A DNA stretch of 64,000 bases, from IMG/VR virus record IMGVR_UViG_3300017917_003339, positions 28,495 through 92,494 of that record; one strand, 5' to 3'. Every line of letters begins with the position of its first letter. Positions within the stretch are counted from its first letter, which is position 1. Source of the stretch: a virus. Below the pieces are notes generated by a model. It was given only the letters and a program-made list of their open reading frames with translations, did not search any database and was not told the origin of the DNA. Below, in pieces: positions 45,483-55,222 of this stretch. The translations under genes and the position numbers were made by a program.

Positions 45483-46883
45483 TTATTCTACCAAAAGAGT
45501 CTTTGCCATGTTCTCAATTTCTTTGATAGACTCAAGTGTATCACAAGTGTCTTTATCATCTCTGAACCCAGCAAATGAAGGGTATAACAATGAATAGTTA
45601 CCGTCAACATCATGTGACAAACCGTTACATTTACATTGAATTACAGACCCCAACAAATTCTCTTGGTTGTCAGTAACATACTGCATCAATTCTTCAGTAA
45701 GACCTTGTGGTCTTGTCTTAACAAGTCCATCAGCAGATTCACAGTTAAGACTTGAGATTACATTCTCGTTCTTGGTACCCTTGGTCCCGTAGTTAAACCC
45801 AACGATACGTAAATCGACATCCATTTCAAGTTTCATTTTGATTTGCCATGTTGGTTTACCGTCTTTCCACTCACCGTCCCATGCTTTAAGGATTGTACCT
45901 TCTTCGCCAGCTGACAACACTTCTTGGAAATGTGTCATGGCTTGTGCATAGTTGTGAACAATCAAACCTTCGATGATGTTTACGTGAGTTGAACCGACCT
46001 TCTCAATCGCTCTTTCCAAATAAGCTAAACGCTCAGCATATTTAAGTTTTGATGATTTGTTGAAGTATTCATCAACTGTGATACGGTCCCAAACAGTGTA
46101 ACGGATTTTATCCAACGCCTCTTCAACTGAACCATGTTTGTCAGTAAACGCTTTTAATTTCTTCTCGTTTTCTTTTTCAGTTCTTGAATCTTTTTTACCC
46201 AAGATATCAATAAGAGAAGCGATGATACCGTTTGATTCATAACGAGGTGTATCAATCATTGTTAACTCACCATTTAACACACAATCTTCGAAGTATGTTA
46301 ATTCTTCCAAGAACTTAGCGCCAGTAAGAATTGTTGGTTCACCTTGACGAGATTCCAATTCCACTTCACCGCTACGGATAACAGCGTTACAGTAACGACC
46401 ATCCATTTTGATTTGAGAAATACCCTTACCGCCTTTTTCAAAGATTTTACGAGCTTTCTTCTCATCGAAAGAGACAGCGCCCATATAAGGTGTTTCTTCA
46501 ATAAGACCCTTGAATACTTTGTTCATGAATGTGGTACCCATACCAATCTTACAATCTTTCTCGATGATACGTTCGATAATATAAGCATCATCATGAGAAA
46601 CACCACTTAACAAAACTACTAACCAGTTTATCGCTTGGGTTCCAGTGTATTCTCTGTTCGATATTTTTTCAAGTCCAGCTAAAGCCCATTCAAGGGTTTC
46701 TGAACCTTCATTATCTGGTGTGTATTCTGGAACACGTTTCAAATAGAATTTAACTCGTTTAGAGTTTGCCATGTAAAGGACTTTCTTTAATAACTCATTG
46801 TCTGAGTATTTTCTAAGGATATCAACCTTAGCGTTGTTACCGCTCTCAGCGGCAATCTCGTCAAATATTTGTTTTATCGTCAT
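45483..46883 (-). CDS. ATP-dependent DNA ligase (T4 gp30-like)
   Basis: KMDGRY, LNGEL, EEGTILK, IKMK, FRDDK. Confidence 0.92.
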   Translation of the reverse strand: MTIKQIFDEIAAESGNNAKVDILRKYSDNELLKKVLYMANSKRVKFYLKRVPEYTPDNEGSETLEWALAGLEKISNREYTGTQAINWLVVLLSGVSHDDAYIIERIIEKDCKIGMGTTFMNKVFKGLIEETPYMGAVSFDEKKARKIFEKGGKGISQIKMDGRYCNAVIRSGEVELESRQGEPTILTGAKFLEELTYFEDCVLNGELTMIDTPRYESNGIIASLIDILGKKDSRTEKENEKKLKAFTDKHGSVEEALDKIRYTVWDRITVDEYFNKSSKLKYAERLAYLERAIEKVGSTHVNIIEGLIVHNYAQAMTHFQEVLSAGEEGTILKAWDGEWKDGKPTWQIKMKLEMDVDLRIVGFNYGTKGTKNENVISSLNCESADGLVKTRPQGLTEELMQYVTDNQENLLGSVIQCKCNGLSHDVDGNYSLLYPSFAGFRDDKDTCDTLESIKEIENMAKTLLVE

Positions 46884-46888
46884 GTTGA

Positions 46889-47140
46889 TTAAAGTTTTGT
46901 TATTGGGTCTACTTCACATGTAACTTCGTCACCAGTGAATTCTTTTTGTAATTTTGCCAAAGCATCAATAAATTCTTTTACAGTTTGCTTCGCATTTTCA
47001 CCGTGAGCCTTTAGGGTTATCTCCCATTCACCAGTAATAGTTTGTTTTGCTTTAAACTCAGCAGCAGCCTTGGCCATGTTCTTGGCTTCTTGTTCACGCA
47101 TAGAGGCTTCAGCTCTGTCGTTTTTCCAATCGTCACTCAT
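46889..47140 (-). CDS. hypothetical protein
   Basis: ORF. Confidence 0.55.
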   Translation of the reverse strand: MSDDWKNDRAEASMREQEAKNMAKAAAEFKAKQTITGEWEITLKAHGENAKQTVKEFIDALAKLQKEFTGDEVTCEVDPITKL

Positions 47141-47147
47141 ATTTGTA

Positions 47148-47456
47148 TTAATTTAAGATTATCGAATCACCCTCTTTCTTGTTTAGGTACAAGTCTGGGT
47201 TTATTGTATAGACATCCTCACCCTTTTGGGTTCTGATTACCATTTTATTGTTAGGGAGTTTTTTGGTCACAAGACCACGTGTTGGCGGTTCTGGTTCTCT
47301 TGTCGCTAAGAAGTATACACCACCAATAATCAAACATAATATGATTGTCATAAATAAACAACCCATACCAGATTTCTTGTTACCAGAACCACTAGCGGCC
47401 TCAAGGCCTAATTCTGCAACACCTACTATTATCTCACCGATTGCTTCGTGTGCCAT
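47148..47456 (-). CDS. single-TM hypothetical protein
   Basis: Hydrophobic helix. Confidence 0.6.
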   Translation of the reverse strand: MAHEAIGEIIVGVAELGLEAASGSGNKKSGMGCLFMTIILCLIIGGVYFLATREPEPPTRGLVTKKLPNNKMVIRTQKGEDVYTINPDLYLNKKEGDSIILN

Positions 47457-47494
47457 GATGTTATTGTTTTAGGTTACAAATATACGAAAAATAT

Positions 47495-47998
47495 TTAACC
47501 CTCCAAACTTTTACCCAATAATTTTTCCAAGTGGTCCCACATTGGTCTAGCCCCTATTGGTGTGTTTAAATACAAAGCACCTTTAAACTCAGCGTATTCC
47601 TTGGCATACATGTCAATTTTACCACCATGTTCAATGTTGGCAATTCTATCAGCCAATTTAAGAATAATCGCATCTGGATTGCTGGCAGTCTTAGGAAGAG
47701 TTTTCTCTTTTTTCTCTTTTCTGTTTCTACCAAGCTCGTCAGTTACACAGAAAACCATTTCAGCAACTTCAATACCGAAGTGTTTTTTGATGTCGTTATA
47801 GCTAATACCATCGTCCTCTATGCTATCATGTAGATAACCAGAAACAATGTATTTTCCAGAATACCCAAAACGCTTCAACACATCAACAACATCGTCTAAG
47901 TGTTTTTCGTATGGGAATATTTCGTCATAGGATTGGTTGCTGTGTGCTTTAACAGCTACCATTCTAGCTTCTTTGTATGTTTTATCTGTGTAAATCAT
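47495..47998 (-). CDS. small alarmone hydrolase-like HD protein (SpoT/Mesh1 family)
   Basis: AH..Q..PY..H, LHDSIED, VTD, KLADRIAN. Confidence 0.85.
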   Translation of the reverse strand: MIYTDKTYKEARMVAVKAHSNQSYDEIFPYEKHLDDVVDVLKRFGYSGKYIVSGYLHDSIEDDGISYNDIKKHFGIEVAEMVFCVTDELGRNRKEKKEKTLPKTASNPDAIILKLADRIANIEHGGKIDMYAKEYAEFKGALYLNTPIGARPMWDHLEKLLGKSLEG

Positions 47999-48183
47999 TA
48001 TCGTCTGATTAAAAGGTATTTGTATTTGTTTTCTTTCTCTTTGACTTCTGGTAAATCAATACCAGTCGCTGGACTAATTTTAATATCTGGAAAATTCCAG
48101 TTAGGGTAATAGTTATTATAACCCATTAGTTGTCCATATTCGTTGATTACATTACCGTATTGGTCTATTTTGTTCATCTTCAT
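47998..48183 (-). CDS. small protein ending NKYKYLLIRR
   Basis: ORF. Confidence 0.6.
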   Translation of the reverse strand: MKMNKIDQYGNVINEYGQLMGYNNYYPNWNFPDIKISPATGIDLPEVKEKENKYKYLLIRR

Positions 48184-48521
48184 CGTCTGATTAAAAGGTA
48201 TTTATAATTATTTTTTGGTACTTCTTGTGATGGAACATCAGTTGCTTCTAATTCCCAACCGTATCGTTCAAATTTACGTGGAGCGTAACCTCCATTACAT
48301 TTTCTCCACCTTTTTTCAGTGGTTGCTGTAAGATTACAACCATTTAGAGAACCAATGTGACTAGCGGTAGTTAAACTCCCGTCATTGTGTCTAACCACAT
48401 CTACTTCCCAACCACCACCATCTCGGAAATAACCATAATGTTTACCATCATAAGTTAACCTTAACGCAGTATTACCGTTCATCAATACGAACTGTGGATA
48501 TAAGGGTGTTATTTTTGCCAT
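48180..48521 (-). CDS. protein ending NNYKYLLIRR
   Basis: ORF. Confidence 0.6.
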   Translation of the reverse strand: MAKITPLYPQFVLMNGNTALRLTYDGKHYGYFRDGGGWEVDVVRHNDGSLTTASHIGSLNGCNLTATTEKRWRKCNGGYAPRKFERYGWELEATDVPSQEVPKNNYKYLLIRR

Positions 48522-48559
48522 ATTTTTTATTTTAAGAGTTATGCTCTAACCCCTTAGGA

Positions 48560-49684
48560 TTAGAGCATTTTGTATAACAATTTGTCATCGTAGTTAACAA
48601 TGAAGTTTTCTACTGAATCAACTTTACCATCAACAAGACCGAAATACAACCCAGTGAATTGTTTCAAGTCATATTTACCACAAACTTCAAAGACAGCCGC
48701 AGCATATCTTTTCTTTTCTTCTTTGGTAATGTTTTTTGGTTTACGAGCGCTTAACTCAACCCAAACTTCATTCAACTTATCAACCAACTTATCGTAATTT
48801 TCTTTAAGTCTGAATAATTCATCTTTTCTTTCTGGGAAAGTTGAAGCGAATTCTTCAATCTCGTTAGATTTAACGATAGTTATGATGTTGTGTTCAGCTG
48901 TTTTACCTTTCAAGTGGTGAACCGCAACGTAAGCTGGGTTTTTTATCTTGATACGGTTGAAGTTAGCGTCAACTACAACGTAGCCTTCGTCGTGCCATAT
49001 CATGTTTTCAAAGGTTCTTAACAAAACACCAACGTTGTTAGCGTTTAAGTCAAATCTTTTAACAAGTGGTACTCTCAACGATTCTGCAATCATAGTTAAG
49101 TCTTTCCATGAAACTTCTTGCAAAGTAACAAGGTTTCTAACAGTCAACAAAGTTGCTGATGATTCACCGTGTGGTTTTACAACGATGTTGTATGGAGTTG
49201 TTAACTCGAATACATACACGTGGTCTTTATCAAGCATGCATGGGTTTAACGCATATTGTTTTGTAACAGTGTCCCAAAACAACGAGTTGAATGTAGTTCC
49301 CATTTTGTTGTTAACTTCACCTTCACCCTCAGCTGTACCAGTGGTACCAGCAAACCATTCGTTTTTATGCCAATCCCAATATAGTTGGATAAGTGTACCG
49401 TCAAGTTTTTCTAATACGTGCGCTGTGTTCCAATCTACTTTATGTGCGTTTGATTCCTCAGCGTTGAAGAATTTGGTGAACGCCAATGACATAACATCCC
49501 ATGAACCTTTTTCAAGGATAAGTCCTCTACATTCTTGAACTTCTATGTTTGACATAAGAGTTGGTGCAGACAATTGGTCGTATTTCAATAACACTTTGTA
49601 GTCGTATTCACGAACCTTTAATTGAAATTTGTTAACGGCTGCATTTAAACCGTGTTGTCTTATGTAATTTTGTATCTGTAACAT
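48560..49684 (-). CDS. RNA ligase 1 (T4 Rnl1-like)
   Basis: ECRGLIL, KFFN, EKLDGT, FEL, EGYVV, KIK. Confidence 0.9.
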   Translation of the reverse strand: MLQIQNYIRQHGLNAAVNKFQLKVREYDYKVLLKYDQLSAPTLMSNIEVQECRGLILEKGSWDVMSLAFTKFFNAEESNAHKVDWNTAHVLEKLDGTLIQLYWDWHKNEWFAGTTGTAEGEGEVNNKMGTTFNSLFWDTVTKQYALNPCMLDKDHVYVFELTTPYNIVVKPHGESSATLLTVRNLVTLQEVSWKDLTMIAESLRVPLVKRFDLNANNVGVLLRTFENMIWHDEGYVVVDANFNRIKIKNPAYVAVHHLKGKTAEHNIITIVKSNEIEEFASTFPERKDELFRLKENYDKLVDKLNEVWVELSARKPKNITKEEKKRYAAAVFEVCGKYDLKQFTGLYFGLVDGKVDSVENFIVNYDDKLLYKML

Positions 49685-49747
49685 AACTTTTTATTTTTTG
49701 TGCAAATATATGTGTTTTTTTCTAATGCACAAAAATATTTGCGTTAA

Positions 49748-50206
49748 TTATTTATCATCTTCTTCATCATCGATATCATCATCGTTGTCAAGGTCATCGA
49801 GTTTACCGTTTCTGGCATCATCGATTAAACCATCAATACCACCTAGGATGTTTTCGTAAGTGTCCGATTCAGCTTTTTTTCTGATAGCCATAAGCACTGG
49901 GTCTCTGTCTTCTTCTAGCGATTCAACCAATTTTTTTGCTGAATACATTGAAACCAAATCACCAAATTTCATAACGTCTTCGTCATCAAAACAAATACCA
50001 CCTAAAAAAATAATCATACTCCCTAATTGAGCTATGATAGGGTCCTCTTTTTCTCTACCTTCTTCAACTAAGGCTTTACCCATTTGAACAAATTTTGACG
50101 TAAGTTGAAGACGTCTTTCTGGATTTTTCATATAATAAGATTTTTGCAAATATACTAAATAAACAAATACGATACAACTATTTGCTGTAATAATAACGTG
50201 GTACAC
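49748..50206 (-). CDS. acidic hypothetical protein (likely start 50131)
   Basis: ORF after promoter. Confidence 0.6.
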   Translation of the reverse strand: MYHVIITANSCIVFVYLVYLQKSYYMKNPERRLQLTSKFVQMGKALVEEGREKEDPIIAQLGSMIIFLGGICFDDEDVMKFGDLVSMYSAKKLVESLEEDRDPVLMAIRKKAESDTYENILGGIDGLIDDARNGKLDDLDNDDDIDDEEDDK

Positions 50207-50855
50207 TAACCTTTACACCATATCTAGCACCTATGGCTTCTATACCATCTGTAAATTTTGTGTCAATATCACATGTTTCTTCAGAAACACCTCTTAAATA
50301 AAGCGTGTATTGAGACTTTCCTAGCCAATTTTTTTCTTTTCGTAAATCTTTAACACTTACAGTATTACCATCAAATTTGTGGATTTCCATGAAAGCGTTT
50401 AAGTCGTCTTTTAGTGTTTCTACATCAATATCCATTTGAAATGGTACACCCATTGACAGCAAGGATTCACTTACCAATTCATTGTATCTACCAAAACTTC
50501 CGTTGATTAGAACTTGCATAGGAACCCATTTAACAACATGTGGTTCGTTATGGTTTATTTCACCAGAATACTTGGCCAAATATGTATAACCCATATTACC
50601 GCTCTTGTGGATAGCAAAAACCAATTGTAAATCTGAAACATCTAAACCAGTTTCTTCTTTACATTCTCTTATGGCTGTAACCATTGGGTCGTTGTTATCC
50701 TCTGGGTCCATCTTACCACCTGGTAAACCGAAATCAGTGTGGTTGTCTTTTCTAGACACACCAAGGATGAGTCCTAGTTCGTTAATTAAAACTACTTGTG
50801 CTGTTATCATAATATCTTTTTTTGCAAATATACGATATATTATCAATATATGCAA
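50178..50855 (-). CDS. Nudix hydrolase
   Basis: LPGGKMD...AIRECKEETG. Confidence 0.88.
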   Translation of the reverse strand: MHILIIYRIFAKKDIMITAQVVLINELGLILGVSRKDNHTDFGLPGGKMDPEDNNDPMVTAIRECKEETGLDVSDLQLVFAIHKSGNMGYTYLAKYSGEINHNEPHVVKWVPMQVLINGSFGRYNELVSESLLSMGVPFQMDIDVETLKDDLNAFMEIHKFDGNTVSVKDLRKEKNWLGKSQYTLYLRGVSEETCDIDTKFTDGIEAIGARYGVKVSVPRYYYSK

Positions 50856-50870
50856 ATAAAAAAAGGGGTC

Positions 50871-51809
50871 TTAAGACCCCTTTTTAACATCCGTTACAAC
50901 ACCCATTATATTAAATGGTTTTATTTTTTTCCAGTTGGTTATGTCATTGGACATAACTGGTTTTCCACCATCTGGATTTATGGCAATTGTAACGTGTGGT
51001 ATTTGTTTGGTTGATGGATATCCATCAACCTTTACAGCCATTGCCATATCTGACAACCCTAACTCAGTTACAGTTAAAGTTACTTGCTTACCCAAGTCTT
51101 CTTGGTTTGGTACTGGTTTACCCAACGCAATAGTCATGTGGTGAGCAATAACTTTCCAATCATCAGGAATTAAATCATCAACTCTCGACAACAAAGCTGC
51201 TCTGGACCCTTCATCCAATACAACAGCTGAGTATAAGATATCAGACTGTTTGTACATGTCTTTGGATTCCAACACGCTTTTAAGTGTCATAGCACCTTGT
51301 CCTTTGTGTGATTCAATCATTGATTTAATTTTTTCAAGAGGAACACCGTGAGTGTTTCTTCCAGCCAATTGCTCAGCTGTAAGACCACCAGTACCAACAT
51401 CAACGAATTTTATGTTGTGGTCCGCTAAACCCAATTCCAATGCAGCCTTAACAGCGGCCTTTGGTTCGTTTTGTTTGATGTTTGTGTTATCAAGGATAAC
51501 TGGTGAAACACCTTCTTTTAACGAAGCTACAACGTTTTTCAAGTTGGTTGAGTGCGCACGTGACAATGGTGTGAAATCCTTAGATTCAACCATCAATTCG
51601 AAAAATTTGTTGTAGTCACCTTGTGATTCTATAACAGTATCTGTTGAATGGATAACTCCTTCACCTACTAGTTCTTTGGCTTTTGTTGATTTGCCAGAAC
51701 CAGGTATACCACGCATCACGATAAGCACTTGGTCTGGTCTTGAAACCGAAACCCCTAATGAGTTTTTTAACATACCTTCTCTTAATATTGTTCTTATTTC
51801 TTTTTTCAT
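50871..51809 (-). CDS. P-loop kinase fused to 2H phosphodiesterase (RNA end-healing enzyme)
   Basis: GIPGSGKST, LDNTN, RNTHGVP; HHMTI and HVTIA 2H motifs. Confidence 0.85.
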   Translation of the reverse strand: MKKEIRTILREGMLKNSLGVSVSRPDQVLIVMRGIPGSGKSTKAKELVGEGVIHSTDTVIESQGDYNKFFELMVESKDFTPLSRAHSTNLKNVVASLKEGVSPVILDNTNIKQNEPKAAVKAALELGLADHNIKFVDVGTGGLTAEQLAGRNTHGVPLEKIKSMIESHKGQGAMTLKSVLESKDMYKQSDILYSAVVLDEGSRAALLSRVDDLIPDDWKVIAHHMTIALGKPVPNQEDLGKQVTLTVTELGLSDMAMAVKVDGYPSTKQIPHVTIAINPDGGKPVMSNDITNWKKIKPFNIMGVVTDVKKGS

Positions 51810-51836
51810 GATGCAAATATACTACTTATTTTTAAA

Positions 51837-52598
51837 CTACAAAACTTTTTTAGGTTTTGCATACATTAATTTTTTAACGTTCGGGGTTATTGAGAAATTT
51901 GGGACTTCTTTTTCACACCATCTTAAATAATTTGGATTTGTTTTGGCAACTTCACCAAGGGTTTTACCCTTATGTTTTCCAAACGGTAAAACGTCATCCT
52001 CATCTAAGGGTTTATATTTCTTTGTCGGTTTAGGTTTTTTATCTTCTTTTAACACATCTTTGGTGTTTTTTAAACCGACCATGTGTAAAAGTATCTTAGC
52101 CTCATCTTTAGCATCAACCCCAGCCCTATGTTCTTCAATGTAAACTTCCCCATCTTTCATGAAAAACTGGTTGTAAATTTCTTCTACTGATGGTTTTTTA
52201 ACTTTGCCATTTTTGTCTTTGTATTGTGAATATTGAGTCGCGGTATGCATTAAGCACTTAACATCATCCATTTTAAAACCAGCCGCTTTTAAAAACCTAA
52301 GGTCAAACGACTTATTATAAGCTGTCATTTTGTATTTATCAAACAACGCTTGAATCTCGTCTTTATAATCACTTAATGGCTTTGCGTTTTCAACATCCTC
52401 AACTGTGAGGGTTGTGTTTTGGAATATCCAAGCGTTTTTATGTTTTTTTGAGTTAAATTTATCGTGTTTGATAACATTATCAAATACCAATTCAATTTGT
52501 TTTGTTTCAGTGTCAACTAGAGCAATACCTATTTCTACTATTGCATCCGAATTAACAAAAAACCCTGTTGTTTCAATGTCTACTACTAATAATTTCAT
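51837..52598 (-). CDS. DEDDh 3'-5' exonuclease
   Basis: DIETTG, YNKSFD, HRAGVD; C-terminal PFGKHKG..YLRW module. Confidence 0.88.
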   Translation of the reverse strand: MKLLVVDIETTGFFVNSDAIVEIGIALVDTETKQIELVFDNVIKHDKFNSKKHKNAWIFQNTTLTVEDVENAKPLSDYKDEIQALFDKYKMTAYNKSFDLRFLKAAGFKMDDVKCLMHTATQYSQYKDKNGKVKKPSVEEIYNQFFMKDGEVYIEEHRAGVDAKDEAKILLHMVGLKNTKDVLKEDKKPKPTKKYKPLDEDDVLPFGKHKGKTLGEVAKTNPNYLRWCEKEVPNFSITPNVKKLMYAKPKKVL

Positions 52599-52649
52599 GT
52601 TTTTGTGTTAAAAACAAAGATACTAATTTTGTTTTAAACTGTAAACATT

Positions 52650-53333
52650 TTAACTGTAATAAGTGTCAATACCATCCCAAGTTATCCCATAATCAATAAG
52701 AACAATAGTATCAACACCATCTCTTTTAACAAGCCCATATGAACTAAGTCTTTTTAAGTCACCAACTGGTGTGTCATAACCACCCATAAACGTGAAAATA
52801 TCGTAAATAAATTCGTTGTCCCACATGGCATCATATTTTGCTTGGTCTAAATCTGAACGACTCCAACTTCTACGAGCTCTTTGTGGGTTAGCAGCTTCAA
52901 AGTATTTGTCTAAACCAGCACAATAGTCGTCAAAACTAACACCAACAACTTTTTCAAATATCTTGGGTGTTACTTTTCTAGCCAATTCCATCTCAACCCA
53001 TAAGTTGTTTTGGTCATATGCGAATACTTGAGCTGTAATGTCTTTTATGTCGTAGTAGTTTGAATACTCAGCTTCAATCTCATTTTGATTAAGACCCTTC
53101 TCATTTCTTGCAATCTTAAGCACTTTGGTATCATCAACCATATACACAATTCTAGACGAACCAGATGATATTCTTTTAAGCCTTTCTTGACAGTATTGGA
53201 TTCTTTTGTTGAAGCTAGTTAATTTTGAGAATTCTTCCAAATCAAAATTAGACGGGTAATCCTCTTCAAGATATGACTCGATTACCTCGTAAACTAAACT
53301 CTCTGATAATTTTTGTTTAATAAAATGTTTCAT
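52650..53333 (-). CDS. protein kinase-like fold protein
   Basis: SSGSSRIVY..VLKIA, QNEIE, GDL, IDYG; start corrected because the ORF-track start lies in tRNA-Ser. Confidence 0.65.
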   Translation of the reverse strand: MKHFIKQKLSESLVYEVIESYLEEDYPSNFDLEEFSKLTSFNKRIQYCQERLKRISSGSSRIVYMVDDTKVLKIARNEKGLNQNEIEAEYSNYYDIKDITAQVFAYDQNNLWVEMELARKVTPKIFEKVVGVSFDDYCAGLDKYFEAANPQRARRSWSRSDLDQAKYDAMWDNEFIYDIFTFMGGYDTPVGDLKRLSSYGLVKRDGVDTIVLIDYGITWDGIDTYYS

Positions 53334-53378
53334 TACCGATATTTTTAAATAAATATCTGAAAATAATGAATAAGACAG

Positions 53379-53463
53379 CGGAGAGTGTGGGATTCGAACC
53401 CACGGGCCCCTTTCGAGGCCACGGTTTAGCAAACCGCTCCAATAACCACTCTGGCAACTCTCC
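53379..53463 (-). tRNA. tRNA-Ser(GCU)
   Basis: GCGGT-TTGCTAA-ACCGT. Confidence 0.93.
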
Positions 53464-53667
53464 ATAAATAAAATAACAATCCCACCCTTGGGTCGTGACG
53501 GGCTACAAAGGGATTAGTGGAATTCCGTGTGTAAGTCACCACTGTACCAGTCCGTATCTACCTTGAATTTAATCAGTCACTGTTGGGAGGCTACCCCTAT
53601 CAACACACCTAGTTTCTTTTCAGGAATATCTTGAAGGTGAAACAAACCTTGATTGTTATTTTATTTG

Positions 53668-53740
53668 TACCCCCACAGGGATTCGAACCCCGATTATACA
53701 TCTTAGAAGGATGTTGCATTTCCATTTATGCTATGAAGGC
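53668..53740 (-). tRNA. tRNA-Arg(UCU)
   Basis: ACATC-CTTCTAA-GATGT. Confidence 0.85.
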
Positions 53741-53747
53741 ATGTATT

Positions 53748-53824
53748 TGGTGACTCTGGTAGGACTCGAACCTACGACCCACAGATTAGAAATCTGTTGC
53801 TCTATCCAACTGAGCTACAGAGCC
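53748..53824 (-). tRNA. tRNA-Arg(UCU)
   Basis: ACAGA-TTTCTAA-TCTGT. Confidence 0.93.
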
Positions 53825-53834
53825 AATTATTTAG

Positions 53835-53908
53835 TGACCACGGTAGGATTCGAACCTACAACCTCCGCAGTCGTAATGCGGTGCGCTATCCAGTTGCGCC
53901 ACGTGGCC
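53835..53908 (-). tRNA. tRNA-Arg(ACG)
   Basis: CCGCA-TTACGAC-TGCGG. Confidence 0.93.
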
Positions 53909-53916
53909 AATTTTAG

Positions 53917-53986
53917 TACCGCATTCGGGAGTCGAACCCGATTATTCATCTTTATGAGGGATGAACGTTTTCCAATAACCTGCGGC
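53917..53986 (-). tRNA. atypical tRNA(CAU)
   Basis: loop CTCATAA, weak D arm. Confidence 0.55.
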
Positions 53987-54131
53987 TTCTTTCAATCTTT
54001 GCTTTAATCTCAGCAATCTTTTCTGGACTTGGATTTCGGTCTACTGTATAGGTAACACCCATTTTATCCAAGTAATCATAAAGACGCTGCATATCAGCTT
54101 CACTTGTCTTTTCCATTTTTGTTTTATTTTG

Positions 54132-54205
54132 CGGCCTCGACAGGACTCGAACCTGTAACCCTTGAGTTAACAACTCACCGCTCTAACCATTATAGCTACG
54201 AGGCC
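54132..54205 (-). tRNA. tRNA-Asn(GUU)
   Basis: TGAG-TTGTTAA-CTCA. Confidence 0.9.
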
Positions 54206-54215
54206 TTATTATTTG

Positions 54216-54288
54216 AGGGCGGAGTGGGACTCGAACCCACGACCAGTTGATTAACAGTCAACTGCTCTACCGACTGAGCTATCCACCC
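54216..54288 (-). tRNA. tRNA-Asn(GUU)
   Basis: GTTGA-CTGTTAA-TCAAC. Confidence 0.9.
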
Positions 54289-54296
54289 TTTTCTTG

Positions 54297-54368
54297 CTCT
54301 TCGGGGGAATTTTGAAATCCCGACCATCGCCTTAACAGGGCGCCGCTCTGCCTCTGAGCTACCGAAGA
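54297..54368 (-). tRNA. tRNA-Asn(GUU)
   Basis: CGCC-CTGTTAA-GGCG; variant T loop TTCAAAA. Confidence 0.85.
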
Positions 54369-54476
54369 ATTTAATATTTTTACCGAAACACCGAGTACCA
54401 CAATTACGGTGTGCCTCCACGCCATTCCGTGGACCAATGCTGTTTTTACCCGTGGTTACACCATTCGGTAGGGTAG

Positions 54477-54574
54477 TGGATGTACTGGGACTCGAACCCA
54501 GACTAACGGTACAGACTTACCTCTCCATAGAGTAATTCCAATTGATTATGTCAGTCTTATTAGTAATTACACCC
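54477..54574 (-). ncRNA. tRNA-like RNA (acceptor and T arm, replaced core)
   Basis: GGGTGTA/TACATCC, CTGGG-TTCGAGT-CCCAG. Confidence 0.45.
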
Positions 54575-54579
54575 TTTAG

Positions 54580-54653
54580 TGGTCCATACAGGGCTCGAAC
54601 CTGTGACCTTCGCGTTATGAGCGCGCCGCTCTAACCAACTGAGCTAATGGACC
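54580..54653 (-). tRNA. tRNA-Met/Ile2(CAU)
   Basis: CGCG-CTCATAA-CGCG. Confidence 0.9.
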
Positions 54654-54896
54654 CTATTTTAATTTATCGAAAAGATACCTTAAATAATCTTCGTTAATAT
54701 CATCATTGAATTCATCTTCTTCTAAATAGCTTTCTTCTATTTCAACATTTTCGTCTAATCTTTTATCCAGAACATCAAGAGCAATTTTTGTTACTTCTTT
54801 TTCTCTACCTTTTAATTCTGGAGCGTCAATCAAAATAAATAAACCAACCAACGATTCAACAATTTTTATTACGTTCTCACTGTATTCTCTTTTCAT
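54654..54896 (-). CDS. acidic hypothetical protein within tRNA operon 4
   Basis: MKREYSENV... Confidence 0.6.
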   Translation of the reverse strand: MKREYSENVIKIVESLVGLFILIDAPELKGREKEVTKIALDVLDKRLDENVEIEESYLEEDEFNDDINEDYLRYLFDKLK

Positions 54897-54898
54897 AG

Positions 54899-54982
54899 TT
54901 GTGACGATGGGACTCGAACCCATATTGTGCTATAAGCACCCAGCGTATCAGGCTGGTGACTAAACCATTCATCCACGTCACA
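54899..54982 (-). tRNA. tRNA-Ile(GAU) with long variable arm
   Basis: CCAGC-CTGATAC-GCTGG; V arm GTGCT-TAT-AGCAC. Confidence 0.8.
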
Positions 54983-54989
54983 GTGTTTG

Positions 54990-55063
54990 TAGGACCGAGC
55001 GGACTCGAACCGCTAACCTCTTGAGTATCAGTCAAGTGCTCTAACCAGTTGAGCTACGGTCCT
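54990..55063 (-). tRNA. tRNA-Ile(GAU)
   Basis: CTTGA-CTGATAC-TCAAG. Confidence 0.92.
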
Positions 55064-55064
55064 A

Positions 55065-55125
55065 TAATTCGTTGCAAAGATACAACTTATTTTTTAATTT
55101 CCAAATTTTTCAACGAACTTTTTTT
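55065..55125 (-). promoter_or_regulatory. internal promoter cassette, near-identical to 33105-33165
   Basis: GTTGTATCTTTGCAACG. Confidence 0.7.
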
Positions 55126-55126
55126 G

Positions 55127-55213
55127 AAGAGAGGGTGGGACTCGAACCCACACACCTCTAGGGCCTACCGCTTTCAAGGCGGTTGCAGTTAGGCCAACTC
55201 TGCTTACCTCTCC
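55127..55213 (-). tRNA. tRNA-Ser(UGA)
   Basis: CCGC-CTTGAAA-GCGG. Confidence 0.85.
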
Positions 55214-55222
55214 ATTATTTAG

